DNA of 64,000 nucleotides from Chloroflexia bacterium (lineage in GTDB: Bacteria > Chloroflexota > Chloroflexia > Thermomicrobiales > CADCWN01). This document shows, piece by piece, positions 55,677 to 64,000 of this stretch. Where the stretch lies: assembly GCA_039810045.1 (NCBI GenBank), contig JBDHWF010000002.1, positions 2,610-66,609 of the forward strand. Reading direction: 5' to 3'. The notes beneath the pieces were generated by a model. That model saw only the letters and a program-made list of their open reading frames with translations, searched no databases and was not told the origin of the DNA. Both the position numbers and the translations under genes were made by a program. The first letter of the stretch is position 1; every line of letters begins with the position of its first letter.

Positions 55677-56338
55677 TGCAATTCTGGCGTCGTGAATGGC
55701 CGTTCTGGGTGTTATTAGTCGGGAGCTTCTTGATGGCGGCCCTGGCTTGGTCGCGGGTGCCTGAGCGGATACCCGTCCATTGGGGGATCGACGGTACTCC
55801 TGATCGCTATGGTGGGCGAGCCGAAGGTTTACTGCTCTTTCCCATCCTGTCGTTGTTGATCTATGGCCTGTTGCTGGTGGCGCCACGCCTGGATCCCAAA
55901 CGGGTGAACTATGCTAACTTCGTTGGTCCTTACACTGTGTTGCGCTTTGCCATAATGGTCTTTCTGGTTGCCTTGCAAGGATTCACAATCCTCAACAGTC
56001 TTGGCTATCCCCTGAGTATCAATCGGGTTGTGCCGTTGATGGTGGGCATCTTGTTCATCGTCCTTGGTGCGCTAATGGGGAAATTGCGCCCAACCTGGTT
56101 TGTTGGCATCCGTACACCGTGGACGATTTCCAGTGACCGCGTTTGGGGCAAGACCCATCGCCTTGGTGGCTGGATCTTCATCATCATGGGTGCATTATTT
56201 ATCCTCGCTGGTCTAGTCAACACGCCAGCGATGACGATCCTGAGCTTCATTGGCGCGGTGTTGGGGGTCACGATCATGATCCTCTACTCCTACCTGATCT
56301 GGCGACAGGAGCAGCCAGAGCAACCAACGCACGCCTGA
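55673..56338 (+). CDS. SdpI/YhfL-family membrane protein (DUF1648 plus SdpI domain)
   Basis: N-terminal PERIPVHWGIDGTPDRYG (DUF1648-like) and the GIRTPWTISSDRVWGKTHRLGG SdpI hallmark. The start overlaps the upstream stop (TGATG). Confidence 0.8.
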   Translation: MMQFWRREWPFWVLLVGSFLMAALAWSRVPERIPVHWGIDGTPDRYGGRAEGLLLFPILSLLIYGLLLVAPRLDPKRVNYANFVGPYTVLRFAIMVFLVALQGFTILNSLGYPLSINRVVPLMVGILFIVLGALMGKLRPTWFVGIRTPWTISSDRVWGKTHRLGGWIFIIMGALFILAGLVNTPAMTILSFIGAVLGVTIMILYSYLIWRQEQPEQPTHA

Positions 56339-56360
56339 TTAGTTGCGTGCTGTTGATGCA

Positions 56361-56396
56361 AAGAGGGCGGGCCGTTTGCAAACGGCCCGCCCTCTT
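56361..56396. terminator. bidirectional terminator
   Basis: 36-nt perfect palindrome aagagggcgggccgtttg/caaacggcccgccctctt between convergent genes. Confidence 0.7.
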
Positions 56397-56422
56397 GTGC
56401 GTCCTAGTGGTGGATGGCTGCG

Positions 56423-58390
56423 TTAGCCCAAGTGATCGGTGAACCAGCCGATCGTCCGCTTCATGAAATCTTCGCGGTGGGAAGCTGGGCCACCCCGCAG
56501 GAAGAGGTGTGAACCGCCTGGGTAGCGCACAAACTCGGTTTCGACTCCCGCATCAAGCAGGCTGATGAACAGTTGCTCGCCCTGCCCAATCGGGCAGCGA
56601 TGATCTTCCTCGCCATGGACGATCAGCGTCGGCGTTGTGGCGCGGTGAATATTGGTTGATGGCGAGTGGGCTTTGTACCACTCCGTATCTTCGTACGGGC
56701 GCGCCCCGAACTGTTTGCGCCCGAAGGTGTGTCCAATATCACTGGTGCCGTAGAATGATTCGAGGTCGAAGCATGGTGCGCCGCAGACCGCCGCCTTGAA
56801 CCGATCCGTCTGCCCAATCGTCCAGGAAGTCATGTAGCCACCATAGCTGTAACCGAAGATTCCCAGCTTGTTGGGGTCGATATAGGGCTGTTCAAGGGCC
56901 TTATCAACCACGCCCATCAGATCCTGGAAGTCTTCAAAGCCCCAGTCGCGCAAGACTTGCTGGGTGAACTCGCGGCCATAGGAGGATGAGCCGCGCGGGT
57001 TGGCGTAGACCACCACAAAGCCCGCCGCTGCCATCGCCTGTTGGAGCGCGTTGAACCCCCAGCCATAGAAGCCATTCGGGCCACCATGTACATCGAGGAT
57101 CATGGGGTAACGGCGCTGTGGATCAAAGTTGGCGGGTTTCAGGATCCAGGCCTCAATCGTGTAGTTGCCGCGCTGGATCGTGAATAACTCTGGCTCACTG
57201 GTGGGATGTTCAGCCAGGAGTTCGTCGTTGTAGTGGGTGATGATCGTTGTTTCATCCGTCTGAATATCAGTGATCGCGATCTCGCTGGGGGTGCTGGCTG
57301 ACGAATAGTCGTGGGCCAGATAGCGATGATCGCCACTGACGGTCAGTTGGCCGGTCATCGCCTGCCAGGTTTTCACTGGCTCCAGGCCCCCTTGCTCACA
57401 ATCGATGATATATGCGCCCGCTGCCCCGGCCCGCACGCCACTGAAAAGTACCTGGCGATTATCGAGCCAGACGGGGACGACTGGGCTGGCGATCGTTGGG
57501 AAGCCAGAGATTGGTACCACTGGTAGATCGTCGGTCAGCCGCTTCGTGCTACCATCCGCAAGTGTATAGACAAAGAAATCGCCCTGATACGTCTGGGTGG
57601 TATCGCCTGAGTAGAGGAGCTTCGCGCCATCGGGCGACCAGGCCCAAATCCCGATTGTCCCTTCTTCAGGGCCGAGCAACGTCTGGCCCCCAGTAACGAG
57701 ATCAATCAGCGCGAGTTGTCCCTGCATCCCATTGTGGTTTGGGCGGATTGCCGCAATCGTCTTCCCATCGGGTGACCATTGCGGAAAGTTGTAATCGGCG
57801 GGATTTTCCCCGTCACCAGTCAGGCGGCGGCGTTCGCCACTGGCGACCTCGACAATGAACACCTGTTGCCGCAGATCGTGGAGGTAGCCACGGTTATCCT
57901 GCTTATAGTCGATCCGGCGGGTGACGCGCACCTTTGGCGCGGCCCCTTCCTCTGCTGGTTTTTCATCGGGATTTTCCGGGTCGTAATTGGTGGTGTAGGC
58001 GAGATATTGCCCATCGGCAGACCAGGCCAGATCGCCGATCGCCTGGGCGTGGCGCGTGATCTCGCGGGCTTCGCCACCCTGCCCAATTGGCAGCACGTAG
58101 ATCCCCGCCCCTTTTTCCTTGTCCTTCCCGCCCTTGCGGTCAGAAACAAAGGCGATCTGGCTGCCATCTGGCGACCAGCGCCCACCGCCATTGCGGTCGC
58201 CGCTGCCGGTCAGTTGGCGGGCATTGCTGCCATCACGGTCACAGAGCCAGATCTGGCTGGTGCCGCGTTCCTGGCCGCGCTCCCCCTGCGCCAGCGTGTA
58301 GATCAGACGGCTCCCATCGGGGGAAATCTGGGGATCACCAACTGCTTTCAGGTCGTAGACTAAGATCTCTGGGGTTAATGGACTGGTCAT
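56423..58390 (-). CDS. S9-family serine peptidase (acylaminoacyl-peptidase/prolyl oligopeptidase-like) with N-terminal beta-propeller
   Basis: WD40-like/TolB-like repeats (SPDGSRL, SPDGSQIAF, SADGQYLAY, SPDGKTIA, SPDGAKLLY), nucleophile GYSYGGYM, and late D and H motifs (VHGEEDHRC). ATG 58390 follows GGAAGGAG. Confidence 0.88.
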   Translation of the reverse strand: MTSPLTPEILVYDLKAVGDPQISPDGSRLIYTLAQGERGQERGTSQIWLCDRDGSNARQLTGSGDRNGGGRWSPDGSQIAFVSDRKGGKDKEKGAGIYVLPIGQGGEAREITRHAQAIGDLAWSADGQYLAYTTNYDPENPDEKPAEEGAAPKVRVTRRIDYKQDNRGYLHDLRQQVFIVEVASGERRRLTGDGENPADYNFPQWSPDGKTIAAIRPNHNGMQGQLALIDLVTGGQTLLGPEEGTIGIWAWSPDGAKLLYSGDTTQTYQGDFFVYTLADGSTKRLTDDLPVVPISGFPTIASPVVPVWLDNRQVLFSGVRAGAAGAYIIDCEQGGLEPVKTWQAMTGQLTVSGDHRYLAHDYSSASTPSEIAITDIQTDETTIITHYNDELLAEHPTSEPELFTIQRGNYTIEAWILKPANFDPQRRYPMILDVHGGPNGFYGWGFNALQQAMAAAGFVVVYANPRGSSSYGREFTQQVLRDWGFEDFQDLMGVVDKALEQPYIDPNKLGIFGYSYGGYMTSWTIGQTDRFKAAVCGAPCFDLESFYGTSDIGHTFGRKQFGARPYEDTEWYKAHSPSTNIHRATTPTLIVHGEEDHRCPIGQGEQLFISLLDAGVETEFVRYPGGSHLFLRGGPASHREDFMKRTIGWFTDHLG

Positions 58391-58435
58391 TCCTACTCCT
58401 TCCACAATGGTATATTCCTACTGTTCTCCGTGCAG

Positions 58436-58909
58436 TTAGCGGGCCGACTCGTCTTCCTCCTCTTCCTCCTCATGATCATAGTCGGGGTGGTGGTTTCTGC
58501 GTAACCACTTGTGCGGCATCCGTAAGGCAACGACCGTCAGAATGGCACTGAAGAAGGCGAGCAGATAGGCTCCGCCGCCCGCGAGCATCCCGATCCCTGC
58601 CGCTACCCAGACTGTCGCTGCTGTGGTTAGCCCAGTTACCGAGGTACCAGGGCGAAGGATCGCGCCCGCTCCCAGAAAACCAACACCAGTGACGATCTGC
58701 GCGGCTACTCGACCAGGGTCGCCAGGATTGAATAGCGTCATTGAGGCAATGGTGAAGATCGCCGAACCGCCCGCAACGAGCATATGCGTCCGTAACCCTG
58801 CCGATTTCGCCCGCCGTTCACGCTCGATCCCGATCAGGGCGCCAGCAATGAAGGCAGCCAGGATCCGCAGCGCGAGGTCGAGTTGTAAGGCGTGAGCGAG
58901 CGTATCCAT
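58436..58909 (-). CDS. mgtC: MgtC/SapB-family membrane protein
   Basis: LRILAAFIAGALIGIERE, GLRTHMLV and GVGFLGAGAIL motifs. Acidic C-terminal tail. Confidence 0.85.
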   Translation of the reverse strand: MDTLAHALQLDLALRILAAFIAGALIGIERERRAKSAGLRTHMLVAGGSAIFTIASMTLFNPGDPGRVAAQIVTGVGFLGAGAILRPGTSVTGLTTAATVWVAAGIGMLAGGGAYLLAFFSAILTVVALRMPHKWLRRNHHPDYDHEEEEEEDESAR

Positions 58910-58953
58910 CCCCTCTGCCCTTTCTGGCCGAGCATCAGAACGCTACAGTACAC

Positions 58954-58987
58954 GCCCCTGCCCCACCTTGCAAGGTGGGGCAGGGGC
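58954..58987 (-). terminator. terminator-like hairpin after cofE
   Basis: 16-bp stem gcccctgccccacctt / aaggtggggcaggggc, lying 21 nt beyond the stop at 59008. Confidence 0.6.
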
Positions 58988-59007
58988 ACAAGTGGTTTGC
59001 CAGTTTG

Positions 59008-59763
59008 TTAGCGGAACAGATCGCGGGTTGGGTCGAGCAACAGTTCCTGGGCGGTGGTGTCTTCGGCGCGGGTGAAGTGGTAGCCACGAATCAGCGCGAT
59101 CGGTCGATTATCGACCTTGTTGGCGACCAACTCCGCCGAGGACGCCAGTTCATCGGCCACGGCCAGAATCGAGGCGTGCATCGTGCGTCCCTGCGCGTCT
59201 TGCTGGCCCCGATAGTCTGCTAATGGCGAGAGGCCGGAGAGCCCAATCGCGACATTGGTGATTCCATAGCGCCAGGCCCGACCAAATGAATCGGAGATGA
59301 TGATCGGAATATCGAGTCCTGTGTGGGCGTGAAGTTCCCTGCGCAGGCGGGCTGCCGAGGCGTCGGGGTCTTTCGGCAACAGGCAGACGAAGTGCGCGGC
59401 TACATTCGACGCATCAACGGCGGCATTGGCACAGACAAAACCGTGCGCCGTTTCCGCGATGATCAGTCCCGCCTGCATCCGCACAATCCGCGCTGCTTCT
59501 TGTAGCACCACTTCGATCTGGCGGGGGTCTTTGCCCCATCGTTCGGCATGGCGCAGGGCCAGCCCCGATGGTTCGACGGTACGGAGATCGATCAACTGCC
59601 CTTCGGCCTTCGAAACGATCTTGTGCGTGACCACCAGCAGATCGCCATCCTCGAGCTGCTCGTCCGACGCAGCGACGGCGTTCAGTACAACGGTGGCAAG
59701 GTCGTCGCCCGGTTGAATTTCCGGCACCCCATCCAGGCCGATAATTGTCACGCGCGGCGGCAT
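59008..59763 (-). CDS. cofE: coenzyme F420-0:L-glutamate ligase
   Basis: GVPEIQPGDDLA...VVTHKIVSKAEGQ...SDSFGRAWR blocks are typical of CofE and the FbiB N-terminal domain. 251 aa. Confidence 0.82.
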   Translation of the reverse strand: MPPRVTIIGLDGVPEIQPGDDLATVVLNAVAASDEQLEDGDLLVVTHKIVSKAEGQLIDLRTVEPSGLALRHAERWGKDPRQIEVVLQEAARIVRMQAGLIIAETAHGFVCANAAVDASNVAAHFVCLLPKDPDASAARLRRELHAHTGLDIPIIISDSFGRAWRYGITNVAIGLSGLSPLADYRGQQDAQGRTMHASILAVADELASSAELVANKVDNRPIALIRGYHFTRAEDTTAQELLLDPTRDLFR

Positions 59764-59801
59764 AGTTCCTCCAGCGGTTCCAGTCGTCAGGCGGTCGGTG
59801 T

Positions 59802-60794
59802 TCAGGCTTTGGCGGGCTTCAGGGCAGGGATGACTTCCTTGCCAAATGCCTTGATGAACTCTTCCTGGTTTGGCCCGGTATTGTGGATATAGACTTCGGT
59901 GAAGCCCAGGTCAATATATTTCTGGATGTGCGCGGTATGTTCGGCGAGATCAGGCGTGATCAGCACGCGGTTCTTGTAGTTCTCCGGGCGCACCAGCTTC
60001 GACATCGCCTCAAAATCTTCGGGGTTGCGAATGTCGCCCTTCGGAAAGTTCATCCCGCCATTCGGCCAGCCCTTGACCGCGTTCTCGGTCGCTTCCTCCA
60101 TCGTCTGCGCCCAAGAGAGGTGGAGTTGGATCAGCCGGGGCATCGTGGCCGGGTCTTTGCCCGCCTCTTTCGCGCCCTTCTCAAAGCGGCCCATCAGCAT
60201 CGCGATCTTCTCGTCCGCCGCGCCGACCGTAATGATTCCGTCACAGGTGCGCCCAGTGCGCTCACTCTGAATCGGGCCAGCAGTGGCGACGTAGATTGGC
60301 GGTGCTTTTTCGCCACGGGTGTAGAGCTTGGCACTTTCCAGCCGGAAATGTTTGCCGCTGAACTTTGAGACTTTGCCTGTAAAGAGCTTCTGGATGATCT
60401 CGATCCCTTCGGCCAGTTTTTCCAACCGTATTGGGGCTTCCGGCCAGTATTCGCCAGTGATATGCTCGTTCAACGCCTCGCCCGCGCCCAGCCCCAGCCA
60501 GAAGCGACCGGGATACATCTGTTCCAAGGTGGCGGCGGCCTGCGCGATAATCGCCGGGTGATAGCGTGCGCCCGGTGGGGTGACACCAGTGCCGAAGCGG
60601 ATCTTAGTCGTTGCGCCGAGTGCGCCGAGCCAGGCCCAGACGTAGCCACTCTGCCCCTGACTTGGCACCCAGGGGTGGAAATGGTCGGAGGCCATGATTG
60701 ACCCAAATCCCACATCTTCAGCGATCTGACTGTACCGTAATAGGTCGCTTGGCGTAAACTGCTCAAACATTGCGGCGTAGCCGATCGTTGCCAT
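59802..60794 (-). CDS. fgd: F420-dependent luciferase-like (LLM class) oxidoreductase, glucose-6-phosphate dehydrogenase-like
   Basis: IGYAAMFEQFTPSDLL...ASDHFHPW...GLGAGEALNEH aligns with Fgd-type LLM proteins as I recall them. It is adjacent to cofE. Substrate is not proven. Confidence 0.7.
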   Translation of the reverse strand: MATIGYAAMFEQFTPSDLLRYSQIAEDVGFGSIMASDHFHPWVPSQGQSGYVWAWLGALGATTKIRFGTGVTPPGARYHPAIIAQAAATLEQMYPGRFWLGLGAGEALNEHITGEYWPEAPIRLEKLAEGIEIIQKLFTGKVSKFSGKHFRLESAKLYTRGEKAPPIYVATAGPIQSERTGRTCDGIITVGAADEKIAMLMGRFEKGAKEAGKDPATMPRLIQLHLSWAQTMEEATENAVKGWPNGGMNFPKGDIRNPEDFEAMSKLVRPENYKNRVLITPDLAEHTAHIQKYIDLGFTEVYIHNTGPNQEEFIKAFGKEVIPALKPAKA

Positions 60795-60978
60795 CTGTGC
60801 TTCCTCCTTTGTGTGGTGCCAGTTGCTGGCATCATCGCTGCATCAACTGTCGCTGCTGTCCTGCGGCCTCTGCTGGTGACAACGGTTGTTAGGGACGGCC
60901 TTATTCCAGCAGAGCCATTATCAATGGCTGAGACAGTGGTGGCAACTCGCTGCTCGCAGCAGAGGCAAAGGAGAGGCA

Positions 60979-61497
60979 ATGGCCCGCACTGTTGGCTACA
61001 CGATTCGGCAGGCGACCGTTGCTGAATTCGCTCTGCTGCCCGCAATTGAACGCGCTGCTGCCCAACAATTTCGGGCGACAGCGTTCCCTGCGTTAGCCGA
61101 TGCACCGCTGGCAACGACCGCCCTGGATCCCACGCACGAGCTTGTCTGGGTCGCCGTGGCCCCGACTGGGGCAATCGTTGGCTTTGCCGTGGTGCAGCCG
61201 TTGGCGGATGCAGCCCACCTGCACGAACTCGACGTACATCCCACTCATGCGCGGCGGGGCCTTGGCGGGCAACTGATCGAGGCTGTGGCGCTCTGGGCGC
61301 AGCAACAAGGCTACAGCGCACTTACCCTGATCACCTTCCGCGAGATTCCCTGGAATGGGCCATATTATGCGCGATTGGGCTTTCAGCCGCTGGCGGAGGA
61401 TGCGCTCTCACCAGCCCTGCAACGACTCTGGCAGGCCGAAGCCGCAACGGGGCTACCCGCTGCGGCACGGCAAGTGATGATCCGACCCATTCCCTAG
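60979..61497 (+). CDS. GNAT-family N-acetyltransferase
   Basis: Acetyl-CoA binding block HELDVHPTHARRGLGGQLIEAV. ATG 60979 follows AAGGAGAGG. The ORF track start is 60886. Confidence 0.8.
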   Translation: MARTVGYTIRQATVAEFALLPAIERAAAQQFRATAFPALADAPLATTALDPTHELVWVAVAPTGAIVGFAVVQPLADAAHLHELDVHPTHARRGLGGQLIEAVALWAQQQGYSALTLITFREIPWNGPYYARLGFQPLAEDALSPALQRLWQAEAATGLPAAARQVMIRPIP

Positions 61498-62606
61498 ACA
61501 AATCGTCCAGGGTCGTACGGGGCCAGCAGTGGATCTGGTGCGCCTGCCTGGAGCGAACTTGCCAGCAGTTCCCCGGTCACTGGGGCCCAGAGGATGCCAT
61601 CGCGCATATGCGCGGCGGCGACCCAGAGATTGCTGTATCCCGGTGCGAGGCCGAGCAGCGGCCCTTCGTCGCTGGCAGCGGGGCGGAGACCTGACCAGCT
61701 ATCGATCACCCGCGCCATACTGTAGCTGGGAGCGAGTTGATCAATCAGCATGGCCAGCCATTGGATCCCAGCGGGGGTCACGCTCTTGGCAAAGCCGACA
61801 TCCTCGACGGTCGCGGCAGCCAGCACAGCGCCATCGGCCCGGGGGATCAGGAAGCCACCCGCCCCGGCAATTGTCTGGGTCAGTGGCTGCGGCAGATCGC
61901 CTAGCGCGAGGATCTGCCCGCGCACTGGCCGCACGGGGAAATGCAGGTTCAGCATTGCGCCGAGTTGCGCCGTCCACGCCCCAGTCGCGATCACCGTCAT
62001 ATCGGCGTAGAGTGGCCCTGTTGGTGTTTCCACGCCAGTAACGCGGCTGCCTGCCGTGCTGAACCCCGTGACGGGGGTATCGGGCAAGATGGTTGCGCCA
62101 TAATGGACAGCGGCGTCAGCCAAGGCCAGGGTCATCTGCGCCGAACGCACGGTACGGGCATCACTGCACCAACTAGCGCCCAGACAGTTCGGGGCGACGA
62201 CTGGGGCCAACGCCCGCGTGGCCGCGCTATCCAGCCACTCGATCGTGAAGCCGAACTGGTTTTGCCACGCCAGTAGCGCTTGCAACGAAGCGGCTTCGGC
62301 AGCGGTGAGCGCGACCGAGAGCCGCCCGCCTTCGCGGTATTCCACGTCGCGTTCGGTCAGTTCGCGCAGTTCCTCCACCAGCGTGGGATAACGCTTGTAG
62401 GAGCGTGTTTCGAGTTGGGCCTGGGCATTGCCATACGGTGTTTGCTTTGGCGGTGAAATCAGGCCGCCAGACGCCCCGGATGCCTCACTAGCGAGCGCCC
62501 CCTGCTCGACCACGGTGACGCGCACACCCGCCTTTGCCAGTTCGTAGGCGATGGCGCAGCCGATAATGCCGCCGCCAACGATGATCACCTCTCCTGATTT
62601 ACTCAT
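61494..62606 (-). CDS. FAD-dependent oxidoreductase, glycine oxidase (ThiO)/D-amino-acid oxidase family
   Basis: Dinucleotide fold VIIVGGGIIGCAIAYELAKAGVRVTVVEQG and a length of about 370 aa. ATG 62606 follows GAGGAG. The ORF track start 62900 would add an implausible 98-aa leader. Confidence 0.8.
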   Translation of the reverse strand: MSKSGEVIIVGGGIIGCAIAYELAKAGVRVTVVEQGALASEASGASGGLISPPKQTPYGNAQAQLETRSYKRYPTLVEELRELTERDVEYREGGRLSVALTAAEAASLQALLAWQNQFGFTIEWLDSAATRALAPVVAPNCLGASWCSDARTVRSAQMTLALADAAVHYGATILPDTPVTGFSTAGSRVTGVETPTGPLYADMTVIATGAWTAQLGAMLNLHFPVRPVRGQILALGDLPQPLTQTIAGAGGFLIPRADGAVLAAATVEDVGFAKSVTPAGIQWLAMLIDQLAPSYSMARVIDSWSGLRPAASDEGPLLGLAPGYSNLWVAAAHMRDGILWAPVTGELLASSLQAGAPDPLLAPYDPGRFV

Positions 62607-62796
62607 TGTCTCCTCGTTTGTCGTCTTCTTATCAGTAGTGGTACTGTACCACGCTGCCGATTGGCCCAAGCCTGGCTTTTTTGATACTATTCTGTATAGA
62701 AAGTCGCCACTCGGCTGATCCTGGCTGGGTGTGCATTGCCAGGTGGGAGGGAGCACTGACGCTGCCCCTGCTGGCCGGGTAGGGAGTTTGGGAACC

Positions 62797-63855
62797 GTGG
62801 TAATTACTGAGCAACCAGCAGCAGAGAGCGCTGCACCGCTGCGCGAGCGACGTGCGCTGCCGCAGAGTACACCATCATTCGACCGCTTTGGGCGGCGCAT
62901 CGATTACTTGCGTATTTCGCTGACCGATCGCTGTAACCTTCGCTGTGTCTACTGTATGCCCGCAACCGGGATGCATTTTGCGCCGAAAGACGAACTGCTG
63001 AGCGACGAGGAGTTTCTGCGGATTATTCGCCTGACGACTGAGTTAGGCTTCCGCAAGTTCCGGCTGACTGGTGGCGAACCAACCGTGCGTCCAAACCTGC
63101 CAGAACTGATCTCCGCGATCAAAGCGCTGCCTGGGGTTGAGGAAGTAGCGATGACGACCAATGCCCTGCTGCTGCCCAAACTTGCGCCTGCCCTGGCGGC
63201 AGCGGGTTTAGATCGGGTCAATATCAGCATCGACACTCTGGATCCCGATCGGTTCCGTCGGATCACCCGTGGCGGGGATATGCAGAAAGTTTTTGCGGGG
63301 ATTCGGGCCGCTGAGGACGCCGGACTGACGCCGATCAAGCTCAACGCCGTCGTCGTCCGGGGCTTCAACGACCACGAAGTGGCTGACCTCGCCGGACTAA
63401 CGCTGGAACATCCCTGGCAGGTGCGCTTCATCGAGATTATGCCCCTGGATGGGGTCTTCAACGTCGCGCAGGAGCGGCTCGTCCCTTCAGCAGAGAGTCG
63501 TGAACTGATCGCCGCTAAGTGGGGGCCGCTGACGCCTGAGCCGCACGATAACCCCGCCGATCCCGCCCGCCCTTATCGGCTTCCCGGCGCTGCTGGGACG
63601 GTCGGCTTTATCAGTTCAGTGACCGAAAACTTTTGTGCTGGCTGCAACCGGATGCGCCTGACTTCGGAAGGCCGCTTACGTCTCTGCCTGTTGCGCTCCG
63701 ACGAAGTGGATCTGCGGGAATTGTTGCGGGGCGGGGCAACCGATGGCGAACTGCGCGCGGCCCTGCACGGTGGAATCTGGCGGAAACCGTGGGGCCACGG
63801 CCTGAAAGATGGCGTGTTGCCGATCGGGCGTGGGATGTCGCAAATTGGCGGGTAA
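62797..63855 (+). CDS. moaA: GTP 3',8-cyclase (molybdenum cofactor biosynthesis radical SAM enzyme)
   Basis: ISLTDRCNLRCVYCMP radical-SAM cluster, second cluster motif CAGCNRMRLTSEG, and C-terminal GG. GTG 62797 follows GGGAG. The start is uncertain (range 62731-62797). Confidence 0.88.
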   Translation: MVITEQPAAESAAPLRERRALPQSTPSFDRFGRRIDYLRISLTDRCNLRCVYCMPATGMHFAPKDELLSDEEFLRIIRLTTELGFRKFRLTGGEPTVRPNLPELISAIKALPGVEEVAMTTNALLLPKLAPALAAAGLDRVNISIDTLDPDRFRRITRGGDMQKVFAGIRAAEDAGLTPIKLNAVVVRGFNDHEVADLAGLTLEHPWQVRFIEIMPLDGVFNVAQERLVPSAESRELIAAKWGPLTPEPHDNPADPARPYRLPGAAGTVGFISSVTENFCAGCNRMRLTSEGRLRLCLLRSDEVDLRELLRGGATDGELRAALHGGIWRKPWGHGLKDGVLPIGRGMSQIGG

Positions 63856-63909
63856 CTGAAATACCCTGACAGATTGAGCGGTCATTAGAGGATTGGGAGA
63901 AAACGAGAA

Positions 63910-64000
63910 TGCCATTTTTTGGACGACGCCGTCCGGCTACCAACGAACCAGCCGAACCTCCAGTCGCGCCGCCGCCCCCTGCCCCGACCGAAGGGCGCAA
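63910..64000 (+). CDS. possible 5' end of a Pro-rich protein (partial, runs off the window)
   Basis: ATG 63910 follows GGGAGAAAACGAGA. The open frame MPFFGRRRPATNEPAEPPVAPPPPAPTEGR runs to the window end. Confidence 0.3.

Noticed and set aside
62607-62796. Possible TPP or Moco riboswitch in the divergent region between the ThiO-like gene and moaA
   Set aside because: The plus strand has ctgatcctgg...gccagg..gggaggga, reminiscent of the 3' half of a TPP aptamer. The CUGAGA element and the 5' half are missing, and the orientation would place it before moaA rather than the ThiO-like gene. The order of Moco-motif-like words (CCGAG, CCUGGC, CCUCCC) does not fit in either orientation. An Infernal scan with RF00059 and RF01055 would settle it.

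Overview
GC-rich bacterial chromosomal segment with about 62 protein-coding genes, one tRNA-Thr, and no rRNA, CRISPR array, transposase or integrase. All homology calls come from reading motifs in the supplied translations; no database was searched. The ORF track treats GTG and TTG as starts, so many ORFs were trimmed to the start with the best Shine-Dalgarno support.

The gene content suggests a Chloroflexota-like organism (inference only). It includes an auracyanin-like cupredoxin, F420 genes (cofE, fgd-like), propionyl-CoA carboxylase with a split B12-mutase subunit and MeaB, and many exported proteins anchored by a TM helix or a Tat/lipobox signal followed by Ala/Ser/Pro/Thr linkers.

Layout:
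- 1-2.5 kb: tRNA-Thr, a sigma/anti-sigma pair, and a second ECF sigma.
- 4.1-7.2 kb: three-gene extracytoplasmic copper-protein operon (two-domain multicopper oxidase, NirK-fold protein, cupredoxin).
- 7.4-17.8 kb: assorted regulators and metabolic enzymes.
- 17.8-22 kb: SH3b surface protein, secreted RNase Sa-like/barstar pair, and a solitary Eco57I-type N6-adenine methyltransferase.
- 22-24.7 kb: B12-binding mutase subunit, MeaB, and a 2-hydroxyacid dehydrogenase.
- 24.7-41 kb: GntR regulator plus four paralogous family-5 solute-binding lipoproteins, interleaved with nucleoside hydrolase, adenine deaminase, cytidine deaminase, endonuclease III and an atypical Clp-like AAA+ protein.
- 41-64 kb: ctaA, the propionyl-CoA carboxylase operon, clpP, ridA, arsR-acr3 plus an aquaporin, tatA, an SdpR/SdpI-like pair, an S9 peptidase, mgtC, cofE, fgd-like, a GNAT, a ThiO-like oxidase and moaA.

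Most unusual observations:
- The NirK homolog has lost most type-1 and type-2 copper ligands yet sits in an intact copper operon.
- The four binding proteins have no permease or ATPase nearby and are operon-linked to nucleoside catabolism.
- The Clp-like unfoldase has a degenerate first ATPase domain and appears co-transcribed with nth.
- The anti-sigma factor carries two tandem HxxxCxxC motifs.
- The SdpR-like repressor seems to need a non-canonical ATC start.

I see no clear-cut novel defence or mobile system. The copper operon and the binding-protein/nucleoside cluster are the best candidates for undescribed biology.
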